The position numbers were made by a program, and so were the translations under genes. Below the pieces are notes generated by a model that worked only from the letters and a program-made list of their open reading frames with translations, ran no database searches and had not been told where the DNA came from. A stretch of 64,000 nucleotides of DNA from Candidatus Entotheonellaceae bacterium (GTDB taxonomy: Bacteria; Tectomicrobia; Entotheonellia; Entotheonellales; Entotheonellaceae), in contig OZ250173.1 of the NCBI GenBank assembly GCA_965238075.1, positions 1,280,001 through 1,344,000 of the forward strand. Reading direction: 5' to 3'. This document shows, one piece after another, positions 62,997-64,000 of the stretch (position 1 is the first letter of the stretch; each line of letters starts with the position of its first letter).

Positions 62997-63746
62997 TCAA
63001 GCCAGGTTGCTGCCGCCGTCGAGCACCACCACCTGACCGGTAATCAGGTCGGCACGGATCAGGCCCATGACCAGATCGGCCACGTCTTCCGGCTGGCAGA
63101 CGTTCTTCAGAGGCGACCTCTCGGTGGCACCCTGCTTCACGGTCTCGTACTCCTCGCGGGCCTGCCACCAGCGGGTGTCGATGAAGCCGGGCGCGATGGA
63201 ATTGATGCGAATGGCCGGCCCCAGGGCGCGCGCCAGGGCAATGGTCATGGTGTTCAGTCCGGCCTTGGAGGCCAGATAGGGCACCGAGCTACCCACGCCG
63301 TATACCCCGGCCACGCTGGAGATATTGACCACCACGCCGCCGTCGCGCTCCAGGTGGGGCCGCGCCGCGCGGATGACGTAGAACGGGCCTTTAAGATTAA
63401 CGTCCAGAATCCTGTCCCAATCCTCGTCCTGCACCGCCTCCAGGTCGCCGTGCGGGATGAACGACGTCGCCCCGGCATTGTTGACCAGCACGTTCAAGCC
63501 GCCGAGGGTGTCGGCCACCTGCTGCACCATATTCCGCACGGCAGCGTCGTCACCCACGTCGCCCTTGACCGCCATGGCCCGCACGCCCGTTTCCCGCAGC
63601 GCCTCCGCGGTGGCCATCGCCTGCCCCTCCGAGCGCGAGTAATTCACCGCCACGTGGCAGCCCTCGTGCGCCAAGGCAAACGCGATCGCCCGACCGGCGC
63701 CAACGCCGCCGCCGGTAACGAGGGCGATCTTGTCTTTTACCTGCAT
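62997..63746 (-). CDS. Short-chain dehydrogenase/reductase
   Basis: TGGGVGAG, NNAG, YLASK, PG. Confidence 0.95.
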   Translation of the reverse strand: MQVKDKIALVTGGGVGAGRAIAFALAHEGCHVAVNYSRSEGQAMATAEALRETGVRAMAVKGDVGDDAAVRNMVQQVADTLGGLNVLVNNAGATSFIPHGDLEAVQDEDWDRILDVNLKGPFYVIRAARPHLERDGGVVVNISSVAGVYGVGSSVPYLASKAGLNTMTIALARALGPAIRINSIAPGFIDTRWWQAREEYETVKQGATERSPLKNVCQPEDVADLVMGLIRADLITGQVVVLDGGSNLA

Positions 63747-63882
63747 GCTCTCCTCCTGTGTGAATTATGGCATCGGTCGATCATGGCTACCGTCCTGACA
63801 GAGCGTTCAGTCTCGAGCGGCTGGGGTGTTTGGGGGTAGGCAGGCGGGGTGCGGCGGCCTGTGGAGCCGCCGCGGTCAGAGG

Positions 63883-64000
63883 TCAGGAATTCTCTTTCAG
63901 GAATAGGATGATCTTGCGGCGAATTTCGGAATCGTCTTGCTTGTAATACATGCGCACGCCGGGCACCCACGCCTGGGTGCTGGTGATCCAGACGTCGAGG
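63883..64000 (-). CDS. C-terminus of an unidentified gene entering from beyond the window
   Basis: Open frame LDVWITSTQAWVPGVRMYYKQDDSEIRRKIILFLKENS*. Confidence 0.45.
   Translation of the reverse strand, partial: LDVWITSTQAWVPGVRMYYKQDDSEIRRKIILFLKENS

Overview
High-GC bacterial chromosomal window. Gene content and repeat families resemble a sponge-symbiont lineage such as Ca. Tectomicrobia, but this is an impression only. Housekeeping and metabolic genes include cinA, greA, mutM, pyrE, family-B DNA polymerase, rph, coaE, phoX and slyD. A sigma54-driven nitrate/nitrite assimilation operon (15.8-24.4 kb) carries several frameshifts. A decaying accessory island (~28.5/30.0-43.3 kb) abuts the 3' end of tRNA-Pro(TGG) and holds three toxin-antitoxin pairs, a resolvase with res site, two thermonuclease-Excalibur pseudogenes, a DUF2971-like gene and an IS5-interrupted STAND NTPase with a HEPN-like N-terminal motif. 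Most notable: (1) a rhodanese whose catalytic Cys codon is an in-frame UGA followed by a SECIS-like hairpin (probable selenoprotein missed by the ORF track); (2) the HEPN-like/STAND/TPR candidate defence gene; (3) a 15-bp motif repeated at both ends of the tRNA island; (4) an inverted-repeat-flanked cassette carrying a modular coiled-coil repeat gene. No CRISPR array or rRNA was seen. All family calls come from motif recognition by eye, not database searches.
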